A stretch of DNA of 64,000 nt from Saccostrea cucullata (GCF_032062105.1 NW_026918226.1:62001-126000), one strand, 5' to 3'. Shown: positions 34,933 through 50,453, numbered from the stretch's first letter. The notes: generated by a model not told the origin, from the letters alone. Numbers and translations: made by a program.

Positions 34933-37900
34933 GCTTTTATAATTTTAAATCATGTCTTCATTTAAATTTTTACATAAGGAAGGTAAAGTTTATATTGACG
35001 ATAGAAATTGAACGCTAACATTTCATTTAAGGGTACTTAACACAAACAAAAAATGGATGCACGGACTGATATATATTTTTTGACTGATTTTGATTTGAAA
35101 TGACATAAATAATAAATCCCTGAAATATAAAGAAATCGTAGGTTTTCCTTGGTGCTAAGATTTGAGACTTTGTTTTGCTTCCTATATAATCCCATACAAA
35201 ATTTTGCAGAAATTTCGAATTTTATGACAAAATCTTATAAATTTCACCCATTTTACTCGGTAAACATCATTCAGGTTGTCAATTTAAATGTAAGTCTATG
35301 AGAAATATTCCTGATTTCTGTAAAAAGTTTGTTTGTGTTATTTATCCTTAAGGACACCTACCCACTATTATACTGGCCAATGAACACAATATCAGGGATA
35401 CAATGATAAGGAATCCAGTGAGCCATTGGTATGATAAAGAATAGAAACGGTCCAAACCTTGCCTGAAAAGATGCAGGTAAACTGTCTTATCAAAATACTT
35501 AATCCACTTTTTTAAATAATGAATACCATTTCAACTATTTGTTTTTTCAGTTACTATTTTCAAGATATCATTAGAATTTATGGGAAAGAAAATTAACCTA
35601 AAAGGACATATTCTGCTCTTTTAAAGTTTATTACGTTATACGTTATTTGCATTAATCACCAAAAAGCTTTGTGAAAATCCCACATAGATTGTGCTCCAAC
35701 CCTTAAATATTATGATACATATGTATTCTATTCCTTATATGAAAAGGTTTTAAAACATAACGTACGGTTTTTGTTGAATCGATGCTGTGAGAAAATCAGT
35801 TGTTGTTTCTGTGGTGTAATAATCTGTCCAAGAAGTGTTCTGCATCATGGTTGTACTCATAACCGTCATATTTGACAGTGACGTCATATCGTAACATTTG
35901 TCTGTTGGTCCTGGTGGCAGTCCCGGAGTACGTTTAAGGGTTGTGGAGAAGTTTTGTCCATTAGTAATCCACAATCCGATAACTGCAGTAAGCAGTGTTC
36001 CTATGATAGCTCCCTGAAATATTTTCGTCAATTTATTGATTTGCCTGTAGGCTAAATACAAGCCCTTCACCATCCGATTGATATTTTCTCTTATATAGAC
36101 CAAATTGTGAATGAAGTTTGAAGTTGAATTTTGAAAGCGTTCCGAGATTTATTTTTAATTTTGCAGACGTCAGCTACAAACCTTTGCATTTCCCCAAGTA
36201 CAAAACACGGAGAAAAGGAATAGTCCAGATGCAGGACCACCAAAGGCAGCAAGAACGCTGAATGTTATCTGTGGAAAATTTTATCAGTCAGAAAAAAGCA
36301 AAAACTATGAAGATATTAATGAGCTGTATCATAACAACAGAATTGTTTTATATATCATGTACCTGCGACATTGGTCCTTTAATCTTTGCTATAAGAAAGG
36401 ACACCCCGACGCAGAGAGCACCAATAACCACAACTATGAAAATATGTCGTCAGAGTTTAATAAACATATTGTTTGATTTGTTAATTCTATTCTGTTCTAT
36501 TTTGTTACATAAAGTGAAAACTTTACCANNNNNNNNNNNNNNNNNNNNNNNNNNNNNNNNNNNNNNNNNNNNNNNNNNNNNNNNNNNNNNNNNNNNNNNN
36601 NNNNNNNNNNNNNNNNNNNNNNNNNNNNNNNNNNNNNNNNNNNNNNNNNNNNNNNNNNNNNNNNNNNNNNNTGTCACCGATCTTTCTGACAAGGACTTAA
36701 ACTTTGGTTTGACGACATCTTCAATGGCTAAAGCTGAGAGACTACTCAACCCCGAGGAAAGTGTACTGAAAGAAGATTTAATTGTCAAACACCATACTAG
36801 AGCTATACTTTACATGTAGCTAAAAGTATGAACTGGACAAAATAATAAATATTTAACCTCAATGATGCGCTGAAAAGGGAGGCCATGAACAGCCCAGCCA
36901 TTCCTGGAGCATCTTTGAAAATCTCTAAAACCATGAATGGCACAACCTGAAATTGTATTTACCATTTCTGAATGACAAAAACTTAAAGATTACGTTCAAA
37001 TTACTGTCTATTTGCATCGTTGCAATGATCTACATCAAAGCTGCTTTAATTTTTTTCGTCCCAATTTTACCTGATTTGGGTTGGAAATTCTTTTGGACTT
37101 GAGAGGATCACAACCAAGGGAGGAAAAGTACGCATAAGCCACGGCTCCCTCTAGAGTGGCCAAAGTGAGGGTAATGAAGAAAGCAGGTCCAGCTAAAAAG
37201 AGCACTCTACGAAAGAGAACCATGGTGTAAACAGCTATTTTTGAACAAAGTATTAAAAATGTACAGACGCGATATGCATCTCGAAGTTTTCTGAGAAAAG
37301 AATTTTACCGAGATGAAGATATATATTCTGCTGCATTTAAAATTGGAAAATGTTTCAAAAAGATAAGTTTAGTACTACATCTTACTGTGATGTTAAATAT
37401 AATATAGACAATAAAAGACAAATGATTTAGATCTACCCACCTATTAGCAGCTTTCTCGGTGGGCGTGGATACAATTCTTTGTACCGAGGTTTGTCCGATG
37501 TTGAGACTCGCCATACGAAGACAACTGCCAATAACAAGGCTCCAAAACGTATGTCGGACTGTAGGATCCGGGTCAAAACTGGAAATAATCAAATATAAAT
37601 TTTCTGTCTTTCATTGCGCTTGCCTGGTATATTTTACAATCATTCTAAAAAACAATGTACCAATAATCAAATATTGTACGTTACATTTTACATGCAGTCA
37701 CTGAAAGTCTGTTTCTTTTCATACATAAAGATTTCCTAATTCATGTAACATTGAAAAAGGACATAAAACTACTGTAAAAAATCATAAAATGAAATATTTA
37801 CTTGAACATATCTAATCTTCCTGTATTTTTGTTAATCTCGATTACATTTGATACGCCACCGGCAACCATTGTGCCCTTCAAAAGAAATTGGACATTAATC

Positions 37901-39591
37901 TGAGTTTAAAATTGGAAATTGGTAAAAAAATTTTACATGTATACCTATTTACATTTTTAATCTTTATCATTGTCTCATCTTGAATGAATTTTAAAAATTA
38001 TAAAAATTAATTATAAAATGAAAATGATAAAATTGAATGATTAGATTCTATCAAAAAAAGAAGCAAGGCCATGCTAGCAATTACTGAGTATACATAAATA
38101 TTATGCATTTTAAGTTAATTAAATACTAACCTTTATAAGAATGGCAAATATACCCATGAACATGACAAGGCTTTGAAATACATCTGTCCATATCACTGCT
38201 TTTATTCCACCCTAATAGACAATTAAGAGAAAGTGAGAACGTGCAAATGTTGCTTGTCATTTGGGTATTTACTTTTCGCCCTCTAAATAAAGAGTGAGGT
38301 ATAAATAATAGATATAATTGGAATAATATTGTGAATAAATGGAGTAAAGATACTTGCACGTACATCTGCATACATGTTTAATAATGAGTACTTACGATGG
38401 ATGTGTATATCACCGAACATACAGCTACTACTAGAGTAGAAGCCCACATAGGAAAGTTTGTCACTGAAACGAGTATCAACTGTGTTATACCATCCAATAT
38501 ACTTTTTGGAAAACTATTCATTAATATGTTGTTTGAATTTCATGAAAAATTTTGTAGAATTACAGTAATGCTGATTGTAGAAATATTCAGAGTGGCGCTC
38601 TTTTTGTACCTGATTCCAGGGCAATACCAGGACCAAACAACACAATGCCCATGTATAAAATCTGAAAAACAGTAACTATTGCCTATTTTAAGACTGATTT
38701 ATCTAGCATTGCTTTACATATGTGTATATAACATAGTAAATTTTATCATTATACTAGACAAGAAGCCATTACAGGTTTCATAATAAATAATACATGCCAC
38801 AATCCTAAAGAAATACAGATGTGAGAGACAAATGAAATGATAATTTTCTTAACGACATTTGTTATTTAAATATTAATGTGCACAAATGTAACGACAAAGA
38901 CTTTTTTTAAAAACCTTCATATTATTTAATTGAAATAAATAGAAAAAAGAGATAAAACTTACGTAATTAATGTACCCTAACGTCAGATTCAGCAACCGCA
39001 CATATCGGCTGTTATATCGTAATTCAAAATACTGCAAAATTATTTATAAAAAATGAAAGGGATGTTCAATGTTTTATAGCTGGTTATGGAATTTATTTCA
39101 CAAGATGGACACCACTTTTTGAATAATTGCGCGAGAGCCAATTTAAGTACGAATTTCTTTTTTCAGTTTTTTAGAGGATAATGTTTATAATTCACCATTA
39201 ATCAGCATAAACATTTTACTTAAAAAAAGGGGAAAAATCAAATTTGATAAACTCCTTTAAATACCTCATTTATGCTGGTAATTCTCAATGGATGTACAAG
39301 TGGCACGACCATGCGGGTAGCCATAATACACGAGGCAAGAAATCCGAAATTAGACAACCAAAACATCATTCCATAAACATAAGTTTCCGCGGGAAATCCT
39401 AACATCATAATGGAGGATTCAAACGAAACCATGAGAGAGATTGCCACGGGTAGAATTTTCATTTGTCGACCTCCGACAAGATATTCGGAGGTGGTTTTCT
39501 GGCCAGCAATGGCATAGTAGACACCAATGCCAAGAGAAATCGCAATAGTAATACAGAAAACAACATAGTCAACAGCTACGAAGCTAGACAT
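34269..39591 (-). CDS. SLC5 sodium:solute symporter (SMCT/SMVT/NIS-like), about 15-16 exons, interrupted by an assembly gap
   Basis: DYVVF...IGVYYA...EYLVGGRQM..LPVAISL, YFELRY, GGIKAVIWTDVFQ, FDPDPTVRHTFWS, SNPNQ, GMAGLFM, LSTLSSGLSSLS, YSLSY motifs on GT-AG-bounded exons; exact orthologue (SLC5A5/6/8/12 group) not assignable. Confidence 0.92.
34891..34932. repeat. (GA)n microsatellite
   Basis: Direct reading. Confidence 0.95.
35031..35347. mobile_element. Small TTAA-flanked MITE (Kolobok-like) in an SLC5 intron
   Basis: Imperfect 20-bp TIRs GGGTACTTAACACAAACAAA / GGATAAATAACACAAACAAA with TTAA on both sides. Confidence 0.65.
36529..36671. other. Assembly gap (143 N)
   Basis: Run of N truncating an SLC5 exon. 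Confidence 1.
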
Positions 39592-40705
39592 ATTGATGTG
39601 GATGATATGCCTTTGGATGAAGCGTTATAATGTTCCGACATCTTAACCCGTATCTTCAGATAAGGGCAAGCATGATTTTGAATTTTGATTACTACTGTAG
39701 TTCATCATTTGGTTAGTTCGAAGTGATTTAATTAACCTTAATATTATAATCCTACTGTATCTCATCTGTATATTTCATGTACTTGTTTCGAACATACCCC
39801 CTTTCATTCATAGCGTGAAAGAGAAATAGCAAGAACAGGCAAAACTTCACTGCCAAACCAAGTTTTTAATATCTGAGGGAGTTGACAATCGAAGCATCAA
39901 CCTCTGGTCAATAAATCCATTTGTTTACTTCATTTGGTCACTTCTCCTCTGGTACAGGAGTTATATAGTTTATATTCTTAATTCTTCACCTTAAAAGTCA
40001 CCAAAACAAGCATCAAATTTAACTTCAAATATCGGTACCTGATCAGATATTTTTAAAAATTATGCAATCACAAACAGTCAAACTTTCCAATATATAACAC
40101 TTAAAACATCATGTATAGCGAGAGTTATATTTATAGAGTGAATTTTACATCTTTTTATTAACACGATGTGTAATTAAACGACATGCTTAAGTAAAATAAG
40201 GTAGAATAAAGTGTTTTTCTTTCAAGACTGAAGACTAAAGACAGACTAGAAAAAATCGTTACTATAAAGCCTGATTATTAGCTGGGGATAGATATTTCTG
40301 TAAGACTGCCTGGAATATTGTGTAGCTACTGCTCATATATTTAATGACCTTTAATAGGAAATTAATCCATTAAGTAACTTCTGATTACCGTTAGACAAAT
40401 ATTATAATAAATATTTTATGAATTACATGAACAGCAATTCCAGCGCAAAAGACAAATTTTGACCGAAAGTGTGGGAAGCAATTGCAAAATTGAAATAGGC
40501 ATAATTTAAAAAGAATTTGTATAACATTTCATAGTTAAATTTATTCATCTTGTCTTCTTAAATTGAAAGAATGCAATAGCTTGAGCTCGTTTTAGTTGAA
40601 TTAATGAGAAGAATCTTTTCATGTTTCACCGACATATTTTGACATATTTTAATCTAAAGATGTTGGAAAACAAATGTTAAAATTTATTTTTATATACAAT
40701 TAATT

Positions 40706-40850
40706 TTGAAGCATACTCGGTACTCAGGGCCATTGATGAACGAGGGATCTTTTTCCTGCCAGCACGCACCAACTGCGACACTGGATTTCGGTTTATACGG
40801 TCTCACTAGGACCGGTCTCCACTTCTTACAGTCGGATTCGAGCCTGCGAC
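40706..40850 (+). mobile_element. SINE-like interspersed repeat fragment (related copies at about 52465-52550 reverse and 62070-62155)
   Basis: Shared core GGCCATTGA...GAGGGATCTTT...GCCA..AC....TGC.AC found three times in the window. Confidence 0.55.
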
Positions 40851-41149
40851 GTCAGAACAACGTGAGAACATCATCTTCTTACTTCGCGCGCGACTCTAGA
40901 GCAGAGGTTCATTCCACCGCGCCACGCGGGCGACTAAGTAGGTAAGAAAAGGCAAGTAAAATCTCACCTGGAAATGTGCATGCATGAAGTCAGGTTTGTG
41001 AGCATAAATATTCCATGAATAATTAGGTCTTAATACCCCATCACGGGCCGAATGAATTGCAAAGAAAAAATTCGAAAAACATTGAAGAAATTAACCATTA
41101 TTTAATTCAAAGAAGATTTCTGAATTATCAATCTACCTGATCAGTAAAT

Positions 41150-42420
41150 AGGGTTTAAAGCGACAAAGTCTTGTAACGAACACATTTATTGTGGCCTTCA
41201 ACTCGATCTCGACAATTTGATATATCAACGTCATAATTTTAATTTACAATAGTTAATTCCATTCTCATATCGATACGATATATCCCGGTGAGCTTCAAAT
41301 AAAAGGTACCACAGAATCTGCGTCATCTATTTCATATTTGGATATTTTACTAGAAAAAGACGTTTTTGGTAATATAATCAAAGTACTCAGAAGTACAGAG
41401 AGCCAGGCTCATTCACAGAGTAGAATGGATTTCTTACATGAATCACCTTTATATTCTAATGAAAAATTATTTTAAAACTATCAATATAAATAATAAGACA
41501 CTGACAGTGAGTTTTTCAATCCTAATACCACGGTCCGATTTTGTCAGAATCAGAATTAATCTGGTACCGCAACTGAAATGTAAACAAACAGGCCAGTCTG
41601 GTTCCCTCTCCTGCTTTACCTCGTATGTGTAGAGAACTACGGTAACACTGATTATCAAAAATCCTTACGCTAATGAACTATGTTCTTTGACTTATGAAGT
41701 TTTCAAAGTCATTACTACAAATGTTTATTTTATATAGATAAAACTTCGTTTTATTTTTGTTGCTTTATTTAGCGTTTGTATTATCTCAAAAGCGGTTGAG
41801 AGTAAGAACTATATTTTTGCACGTAACTTTAAAATGGCGACTATTGGGTTAACATCCTGCCTTTAACAGGATCACATAAGCCAGCAATTGCTCTTTGAGC
41901 AATAAGTCCGGCTAAAAGCCAATCTTTATGATAAACATAATAACTAACATTTTTATCGTCAACTTCCTTTACTTATGCAGCAATACACCATCGTTACCTG
42001 CATGCGGGGTTTACATCTATCTCTCTGTTGATTCAACACGCAAAAGTATGCTCTTCATATGAACAGTTTCTAAAACGAGGTAAATTATTGACAAACAAGT
42101 TGATGAAACGAGAATATCAGCTGACAGCAGTCTTTTTCAAAGTTATCATTTCGTAAGTTCTATGGTAGATACAATGACCTTGTCAGCAAATACAATTTAT
42201 CATTGTGTCAAATGCTGAGTGATGTTTTTCATACTACATGTAATTATTAGCCCATTACATGTATTTACACACTGAATTGACGACGGATTTTCCCGTCATT
42301 TCCCGATCATGATAAGGTGTGACCGGTCGGAAAGGGATACTCACTCCTCCATGGTATCTGATCCTACCTCTGATGTTTTGGAGGTCCGTTTTTGCTCTGC
42401 GCCAATTTTTTTTTATTGTT
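41150..42420 (+). mobile_element. Degenerate Penelope-like retroelement RT/thumb fragments, interrupted
   Basis: Translatable relics IYPGELQIKGTTESASSISYLDILL, LYDK and IVNFLYLCSNTPSLPACGVYI; conserved 3' block GTGACCGGTCGG..GGGAT.CT.ACTCCTCC...CTGATCC.ACCTCTG. Confidence 0.7.
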
Positions 42421-43038
42421 AAATGGACTTTTGAGCTTGAATTTTTGAACATTATCTCCGTGTATTTCACCTCTCAACTAGAGACTTTTTCTAGATACCT
42501 CTCAAATTTCAAGGCTCCGTATTTTGTGCCTTTTCACACAAATTTCTCTATTTATTAGCAGATTTTTGTTTTGATTGATCACTATTTCTTATCTTCCTAT
42601 TCTTAATTATAACTTTGGCAAAAGCTTCAACAATGCAAGCTTAATGTTAAATTTTAAAATATAAGGGGAGAAAAGTAAAGCTCAGTTATTTCCTTTTTTC
42701 CGAAAATATCCTTCTTTAATGGCGATCTTGTTAAATGTGGTTTTAATCATTACTAAATATTTATGTTTGAAGAAAATTGAAAATCAAAATATCATTTGTT
42801 TTTACTATCAATGCAATTCATCGAATTTTATCATACCATGAATGTTAACAGCTACTTGTATAACTTTCTGCAAATCTCATAAAATTATTACCTCATGTAT
42901 GGTAGGCTTGAATTTACTTGTTTTTTTTTTTGGTAGTATCGATAGCAGTAAAATAAAATCCTTCAAGGATATATTCATAATTGTAATTTACATTTCCATG
43001 GTTATTATTTTTTGCATATGCAATTTATGTCTGTGTAA

Positions 43039-43712
43039 AGTATAAGTCACATTATCCACCGATGGGGTATACGATGAGAAACCGATGCGTTTTTTGATGA
43101 AAATTCCGTGGTTGCCGGCCGGGCACCACTAGTGATCGGACGGTGACTGAGTCTTTTTTTGCGAATCGGTGGGGTCATCGGTAGGAAATAATTCGTAGTT
43201 AAAATTCAGCGATGTCTCCAACGATGCCTCACATCGCTCCTCATCGGCAACCCATCATTAATACATCTTTCAAGGATCGGCCGATGTATTGTCGAGCATC
43301 GTCCAATATCCGTTGAATCTGAGGTCATCGGGGAGTTTAGTGGTGTTCAACAGATAACGACCGATCATCGATCGATGTTCGAGCAAACATTGGCCTGTAG
43401 TCGACCGATGTACGAACAGTGTTCACCAATGTATGAGCGATGTAATATACATCGGCCAATTATCCTGGAACATCGTTTTATGATTAGCAATGCATCGCTT
43501 GGCCTTTGTAAGTTCGGCCGGCAACCACGCCATTTTTCTCATAAAACACATGGGTTGTACATCGTATATCCCATCGCTGGATAATGTGACTGATACTTTA
43601 AGGACTACTTGGCCGATGTGGACCGATGTTGGGGCATCGTTAACACCACGGATTACTAACGATTACCACCGGTCTACGGCTACCGGCCGGGAAATGTGAC
43701 CTAGGCATAAGC
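43039..43712. mobile_element. GC-rich non-autonomous DNA transposon with short TIRs
   Basis: GTCACATT inverted at about 43045 and 43701; internal reiterated ATCGG/CCGAT motifs; composition differs sharply from flanks. Confidence 0.5.
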
Positions 43713-45022
43713 TGATTAGATTTTGATCATTTCGCAAATTCTATTGTAGATGCAATGACTTTGTCAGCAGACACACCTCATCATTACGTCAAATCCTGAC
43801 TTGCGTTTTCCATACAGGTTGCTAGTTTATTATTTACACATTAAATTGTCTACATATTTGTCTGTATTCCTTGTGAAGAGTAGTACACAGCGAGGGAGAC
43901 CTAGCTTGCACCTATATCCATCTCTGATGTTTTAGAAGATCATGTTTGCTCTGCTCCCAATTTCTGTTGCTTAAATGTACTCATGAGCTTGATAAAAATT
44001 TTATAAAAGAATCTTTTCTCCAGATTCAAACATTTTTATTCCGGTTATATCAGTAACCCTCTGTTTACATTAATAAAAAATGCACTTAATACCAACGACA
44101 AGAATAAGAACTTTAAATGCGGGAAAAAATACACAGAATTTTAAATAAGAAAACTATAGGGATTAGACAGGTTTACGGGCTATAGATTAAGCTTGATGGT
44201 GATTAATTTTTTAAAAGAATGTATAAAATATCTAACTACATTTTATGACATTATGTAATATTTTGATATGTTTTGAAATTAAAATACTACAAAAATTTCA
44301 AAGATATTTCAAACAACTGATATTTTTGTACAAATTTATCTTGTACTTTTTTGAGACGAAGTGGCACACTATTCAGATGAGTTGCTTCATTTTAGTCGCT
44401 GCTAAGTGACTTGTATTTTTTGCGGATTCGCATCCCATTGAACAAATTCCATTAATAGGAGCAATTGAGAAGCGAACGTTGTTCACTTGTGACCGGAAGA
44501 TCGTACGTTTTGCAATCATCAATTAAAATAATATTTACTGAACACAATATGATAATTTCTTCCTGTACAGTTTAGAAACAATTTCACTTTCAATTTTTCT
44601 GAAACCTTTATAAAACCATGTAACTCGTTTCGCGCGACTAAATATGACGATAAAATGTCCAGAAATAAACTTTCGAGTGGAAGGATCTCAACATAGCAAA
44701 AATAGTTTCCGGCTTTTGTTTAACATTTTTTGAATTGTTGTTCTCTTTATATGATATTTTGAACCTTTAGAAATATTTCTTTTCAGGTTTTGCTAAAAAC
44801 TTTTAACAATTCTTAATTAAAATAGCTTAAGATATGGACCAAAAATTCTAGAGTTTTGATTAGGTGCTTAGTTGGAGTAATCATGCGCTATGCCCTGTCG
44901 ACCTGTCGCGCCAACCAAAATCCCTAAGCATCTACACGATAGACATAATATTTATCATATTAACAGATATGTCTAACACTTGGTAAAAGAAAACTTCAGC
45001 TAAAATACGAACCGATAATATA

Positions 45023-46612
45023 CGGAAGCGTAAATGGCTCTACACTTGTTGTGTTAGAACTTGGTATATTGTCTTATATTTTATCGACTTATCAACATAT
45101 AAAGTGTTATACCTTCTTATTTATGCACATATTTTGAATTGTATTGAGATGTATTTACATAATTGAAGGCAACTTCTTTTGTTCAGTAGATTTTATGGCT
45201 TAAAATTTTATCAACTGAAATATTATATTCATTTTCAAATATCGATCGAAACAAGATAATTAATCATGTCGATATAGTATTGTCGATATGAAGGAAAAAA
45301 TATGTAGTTATATCGATATAGACACTAGTATATGAATATTTTCGAGAAGAAGTGAGTAAAAGGTGTTTTTGAATTAATTTGGCGGGGGCGGGAAATCTAA
45401 TGAATCTTCACTTCACTTGGGAAGCTTATGTACCATGTATTTGCTATTGTGTACGATTATAGGCTGAGACAAAATTCAAAAATATCTAAAAATGGAGATG
45501 GAGAGACATCAACAGTTAAATTATATGCATTGTCATAGGGGGTTATTGTACCGATCATTTTGAAGGGGGGATCTGATATATTCTATCGTGGTTCACTGCT
45601 TATATCTCCTGAGTTCAGTGGGGATTGTAAATCGCTAATGAAACGAAAATAGAAAGTAACACTATTATAAAAGTAACACTGATTATGTACTTTGTAAATA
45701 TTTGATGTTGTTCAACTCTGTGGTATACATAGGATCTGACTCATGAACGCGAACCTCCACAGTCTTGAAACCTCCCAGCACCCCCCCCCCCCCCACACAC
45801 ACCCCTGCATAAAAATATAAACACCAGTTCTAACTTCTTATTGCTTAAAATAATATAATTTGTGATTTCAACCAATCTGTATAAGCTTAGTCACATAGTT
45901 TAAAAGAGGAAAGTGTGGTTTCAGCCAAATTAAATATATAACAAGAAAAACACCCCATGGATTTAATAATCCAACTGCAAGAATTTTCTTAATTTTGGGG
46001 TTATATTTGTAGATCTCTGCTGTACTCAGGTACTCAGTTTTTTTTAAAGCTGGATGAGGGACACTAAGATACTCTTGCCCCCCTCTTCAAAAGTGTTCAT
46101 CGGTACAACAGTCCCCTATGAATCTAACTTTTAATGTGTCTCCATCTCCCATTCTAATTTGATTCAGCCTTCAGTCGTACACGCTGGCAAATACACGATA
46201 CATATTAAGGTTTCACTGAATCCTGAGTGAAGTAAAGATTCATTAGAATTCCCGCCCCCGCCAAGTTAATTCAAAAACACTTTATTCTTACTTCTTTATC
46301 GCATATATTCATAAATTAAAATCGATATATCTATATCCTTATTTCATTATATCAACAATACTATATCGATATGATTAAATATCTTGTTACGATCAATATC
46401 TGAAAATCAATATATTATTTCAGTCGATAAAACTTACAGCAATAAAACCTACTGAACAAAATAAGCTGCCTTCAATTATGTTAGAAAATCTTAATATAAT
46501 TCAAAATATGTGTATAAATAAGGAGGTATAACACTTTATATGTTGATAACTCGATAAAATATAAGACAATATACAAAGTTATAACACAAGTGTAGAGCCA
46601 TTTACGCTTCCG
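45023..46612. mobile_element. Foldback-type MITE with about 550-bp terminal inverted repeats
   Basis: 45023-45575 is the diverged reverse complement of about 46075-46612; ends CGGAAGCGTAAATGGCTCTACACTTG flanked by TA. Confidence 0.9.
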
Positions 46613-49600
46613 TAAGTTTACGATATGCTAATTGTAAAAGGTAAAGGATGTTGTTGAAATCCCTTTAGTTTGTGCCTATGTTCTTTCAGATAATTTTGAA
46701 AATGTTTGAATGATGTGATGATTAAGTAATCATTACATACATTGTCTTATTGTCAACTTTTATAACACATATATCAGAATGAAAATTAAAATAGGTACAT
46801 GCTTTAATTAAATGAGTACTTGTCGTCTTCAATTATTAACATTTTTCATTTGATTTATCACATGTATTTACTTTTTTAACCATTTGTTGGAGTCGAAATG
46901 TTTATAGGAAATAATATTTATACGTGCTTTCACTGTTTAGATTATCACACTACTCCATTTAAAAAAAGGACTTGATTAATAAGTAAAAATTCAATATCTT
47001 CCACATAAACACGATATTCAAGATAATCGTCTGTTGACTTTTGTAAATGGGGAGCAATGTCAATTTGCCAAAGGATTGATTACATCTCCTTTAAATACAT
47101 CGAGTTCTTAAAGAATTAAATATTATATGCCTCTGATGTTATATTAAATTCATGTATTAATATTTTTCTCTCATAAAACTTATAATTCTTTTCAACATTA
47201 AAAGGTGATTCTGTTCAATAAGGAAAAAATGTGTTTAATTTTCTGAAAACTAATATAAAGACATGCCAGGAAGCATTTTCAGTAATTTCAAAATAGTAAC
47301 AATAATGATAACATGTTATTCAAAATAGACTAAAAGTTTAATGCCAAGCTTCGTGAAATTTATAATGTATATACTTGTCCAAGAGTTTATAAAAAGGCTA
47401 ACAGACACCGGTATCGGAATTTTTGGCTATTTTGATATTTGCCTTATTAAATGTATATTTTTTTTGTTCCGTAAAGATTAAGATACAGAACATTTTTGCA
47501 TACCTGATTACGTGTATCAGTTTTAAAATTGTTAAAATAGAAAAGAAATCAAGGACCCTTAATTGTCGTTTAGATTTCTTTACATTCTTTCCAGAGTCTG
47601 AACCTGTGGAAAATTTTGAAATACAATATTTCACTTTTCATTTTAACGGAAACCTTCATAAAAATGACTAAGGTTTTCCTATCTACACTAGTGGGACTTC
47701 TCTGATGACGTCTTGTCTATGAAAATACCCTCGAATGACAGAAAAGTAATGATGCATTTCCACAATTACTTTCACATTTTTTCATTAAGACCCTCTCAAT
47801 ATTGAATAATAAGCAAAAAAGTGACTTGGTAAATTATACAAAATGTCCGAATTGGAACTAATATTTACTTTAAGTTTGAATTTGACACAATTTCTTGTCA
47901 TAATATTATGATTAAAAAAGTGGGGAGGGTTTAAATGAATGTCGATTTAATTTATAATAATCATCGGGTAACTTTAAGCATTTAGACAATTCCTTGCTCC
48001 TCTGTACTATACATGTACTTCACAAAGCTGTTCATTGATTATTGTTCGATACCTGAATTTTACCATCTTTATTATCTTTGTTTTATATAAATATGACTAC
48101 CTTGACACAAATGACAAGGAAATTACCTTTGATACAAATATAGATGTTGATTTGTGTTAGTGCTTTTCAAAAAAGAATTTACGAAGTTATTCTACTGGCA
48201 GTAAAACGTTTTGTTGACATTTGATTCAGTTTATTTTTCCATTAGAATTAGAGACGATAGATTAAATTTGAACCATCTTTCAAACAATTTTCAGGATTAA
48301 GACAGCTTTCTTTTCAGACATTTGTAGCAGATGAAATTCATGTACGACAAATTAACAAAAATGAATGAAGAAATTCAGACATTCAGACAGTTTTTATTCT
48401 GAGACAAAGAAAGATAAAAACAATATTGAAAAAGTCTAATTTTTAATCAATTTTAAATATTACTATACTCATGCTATTTTTTTTCTTGAAATTTCTAATA
48501 TTAACTCGTACATGCATAGTAATTCGCATAATTAAGTGTTATTGAGTAATTCCTATAGCATTGAAAAATATTATACTATTTCAAAATATTTTGTTTTTTG
48601 TATGTTTAATTTTTCAAAAAATTACACGTCCACTGGTCAATAAGTAGCAATTCATGTCAGAGGAAGACGATTTTAGTTATCTGAGATAAAATTTTCAATT
48701 TCCTTATTTTCATATCTTATTCGGGAGACGAGAAACGGAATAGACAATATAAATATCTCCCCGCAAATATATAAAATTGATATATTTCCTGCTTCTTATC
48801 AGAATTTTCCCACCAAAATGATTATGAAGAAACATACATAAAGTCATATTTATACAATAATACAATAATGAATATCTTGTATTCATATAAAACGTAAAAA
48901 TGTCCTAAAATCACTTAAAACACGACGAAAGACAATGAATTTATTCTAAATTAAACAAATGTATTAACTCGTTAAAAAAAATGAAAGAAAGAGAAACACA
49001 CGGCGGGATAAACTGGTCAATAGGGGATGATTACTCTTTTTACTTGCTTACTCGATGATTACCATTAACATTCCTATATACATATGTATTTTCTATCATT
49101 TCTAGAACGTTTAAAGTTTTGATATCCTTGATAACAGACTTTTCAAAAAATTGTTTATTAAAATCGATGTATTTTTCTCATCTTTCCCCCATTCCTTTCA
49201 AGTGTTAATAAATCATTCAGACCTCAGCGAAAAATACCCCTTGAAGTCACGTCTTCGAATACATGTTTAAATTTCCCTTCCATACAACTGCAAAATTTGT
49301 CATTTTAAAGTTATGTATACATGTAATTGCAAAATAAAGTTTTCAATTTTTTTTAAAAGACAAGTTTTTCGATGCAATAAGTAGTAATTTTCATCAAAAA
49401 AGAAAGCTGTGATTAACCCATCATAACTTTCTTGTAAAATAAGGCTGCTTCGCGGATTATAAAGCGTAAACTGACCCAAACCAGGTTATCATCGAATAAT
49501 TTAGCCAAGAATTAGAGGCATTCCTTTAATACATGAGCAGGTTTTATTTTCCACCGTTATGAACAAATATTTTGATGTAAATTGATTTATTTTTTTATTT

Positions 49601-50378
49601 TAAATGTAAAAATTTATATTTGTTCTTAAGTTTTCCTGTTTCTAACTTATGTGTACGTAAGACATTTTCAAAGACAGACTAACCCACACCGCATATGAGT
49701 ACTTTGGAGAGAACCACGTATTAATATTAATGATCCTTTAGGATATTGTTGTTTACGATAATAGTTAATCAATGCTTGTAATAATAAAATTTTATTTAAG
49801 AAAAACACCGATACATGTGAATTATAATGTTATCCAGTTATAAAACTTTTGAAATATAAGAAACATACTATCACATTTCTATTTTATTTGGAATAAAAAT
49901 ACGATTTAAATTATCTTTTACTGGTTATTTTATTAAATTATTTCCCTTTAAAACTATCAATTCTAAATAATGTGTGTTGAAGTTCAAATTTCCGTTCCAA
50001 ACAAGATATGCCGAATATAACCATATTCGTGAAAGACTTATAATGACGTTTCTTAATGCATGTGGAAGGAAGTCAGTTTTGTCTACCATTTAATGTTTTT
50101 TTCATGAACGATATCATTGTGGTAAATTCACATTAAATTAATAATATTAATATTTTTATTTCATTGAATAGATGCATTGTGAAAAAAAATTACTTAATAG
50201 ATAAATTGAACGAAATATAAAATCATTTTCTGAAAATCTATACGGCAAACATGACATCAAATATATTCCATAAATGTTAACAGAATGGGTGATATGAGTT
50301 TTAAAATAGCCTAACTACGCCTCGCAGATGACAACCACCAACACAATTCAATAATAAAGGTCAATTAGTCCTCTGCTC

Positions 50379-50381
<3 letters not shown>

Positions 50382-50449
<68 letters not shown>
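50382..50449. repeat. (GA)n microsatellite
   Basis: Direct reading. Confidence 0.95.

Positions 50450-50453
<4 letters not shown>

Noticed and set aside
36262-36819. 185-aa plus-strand ORF
   Set aside because: Artefact spanning the N gap, antisense to SLC5 exons.
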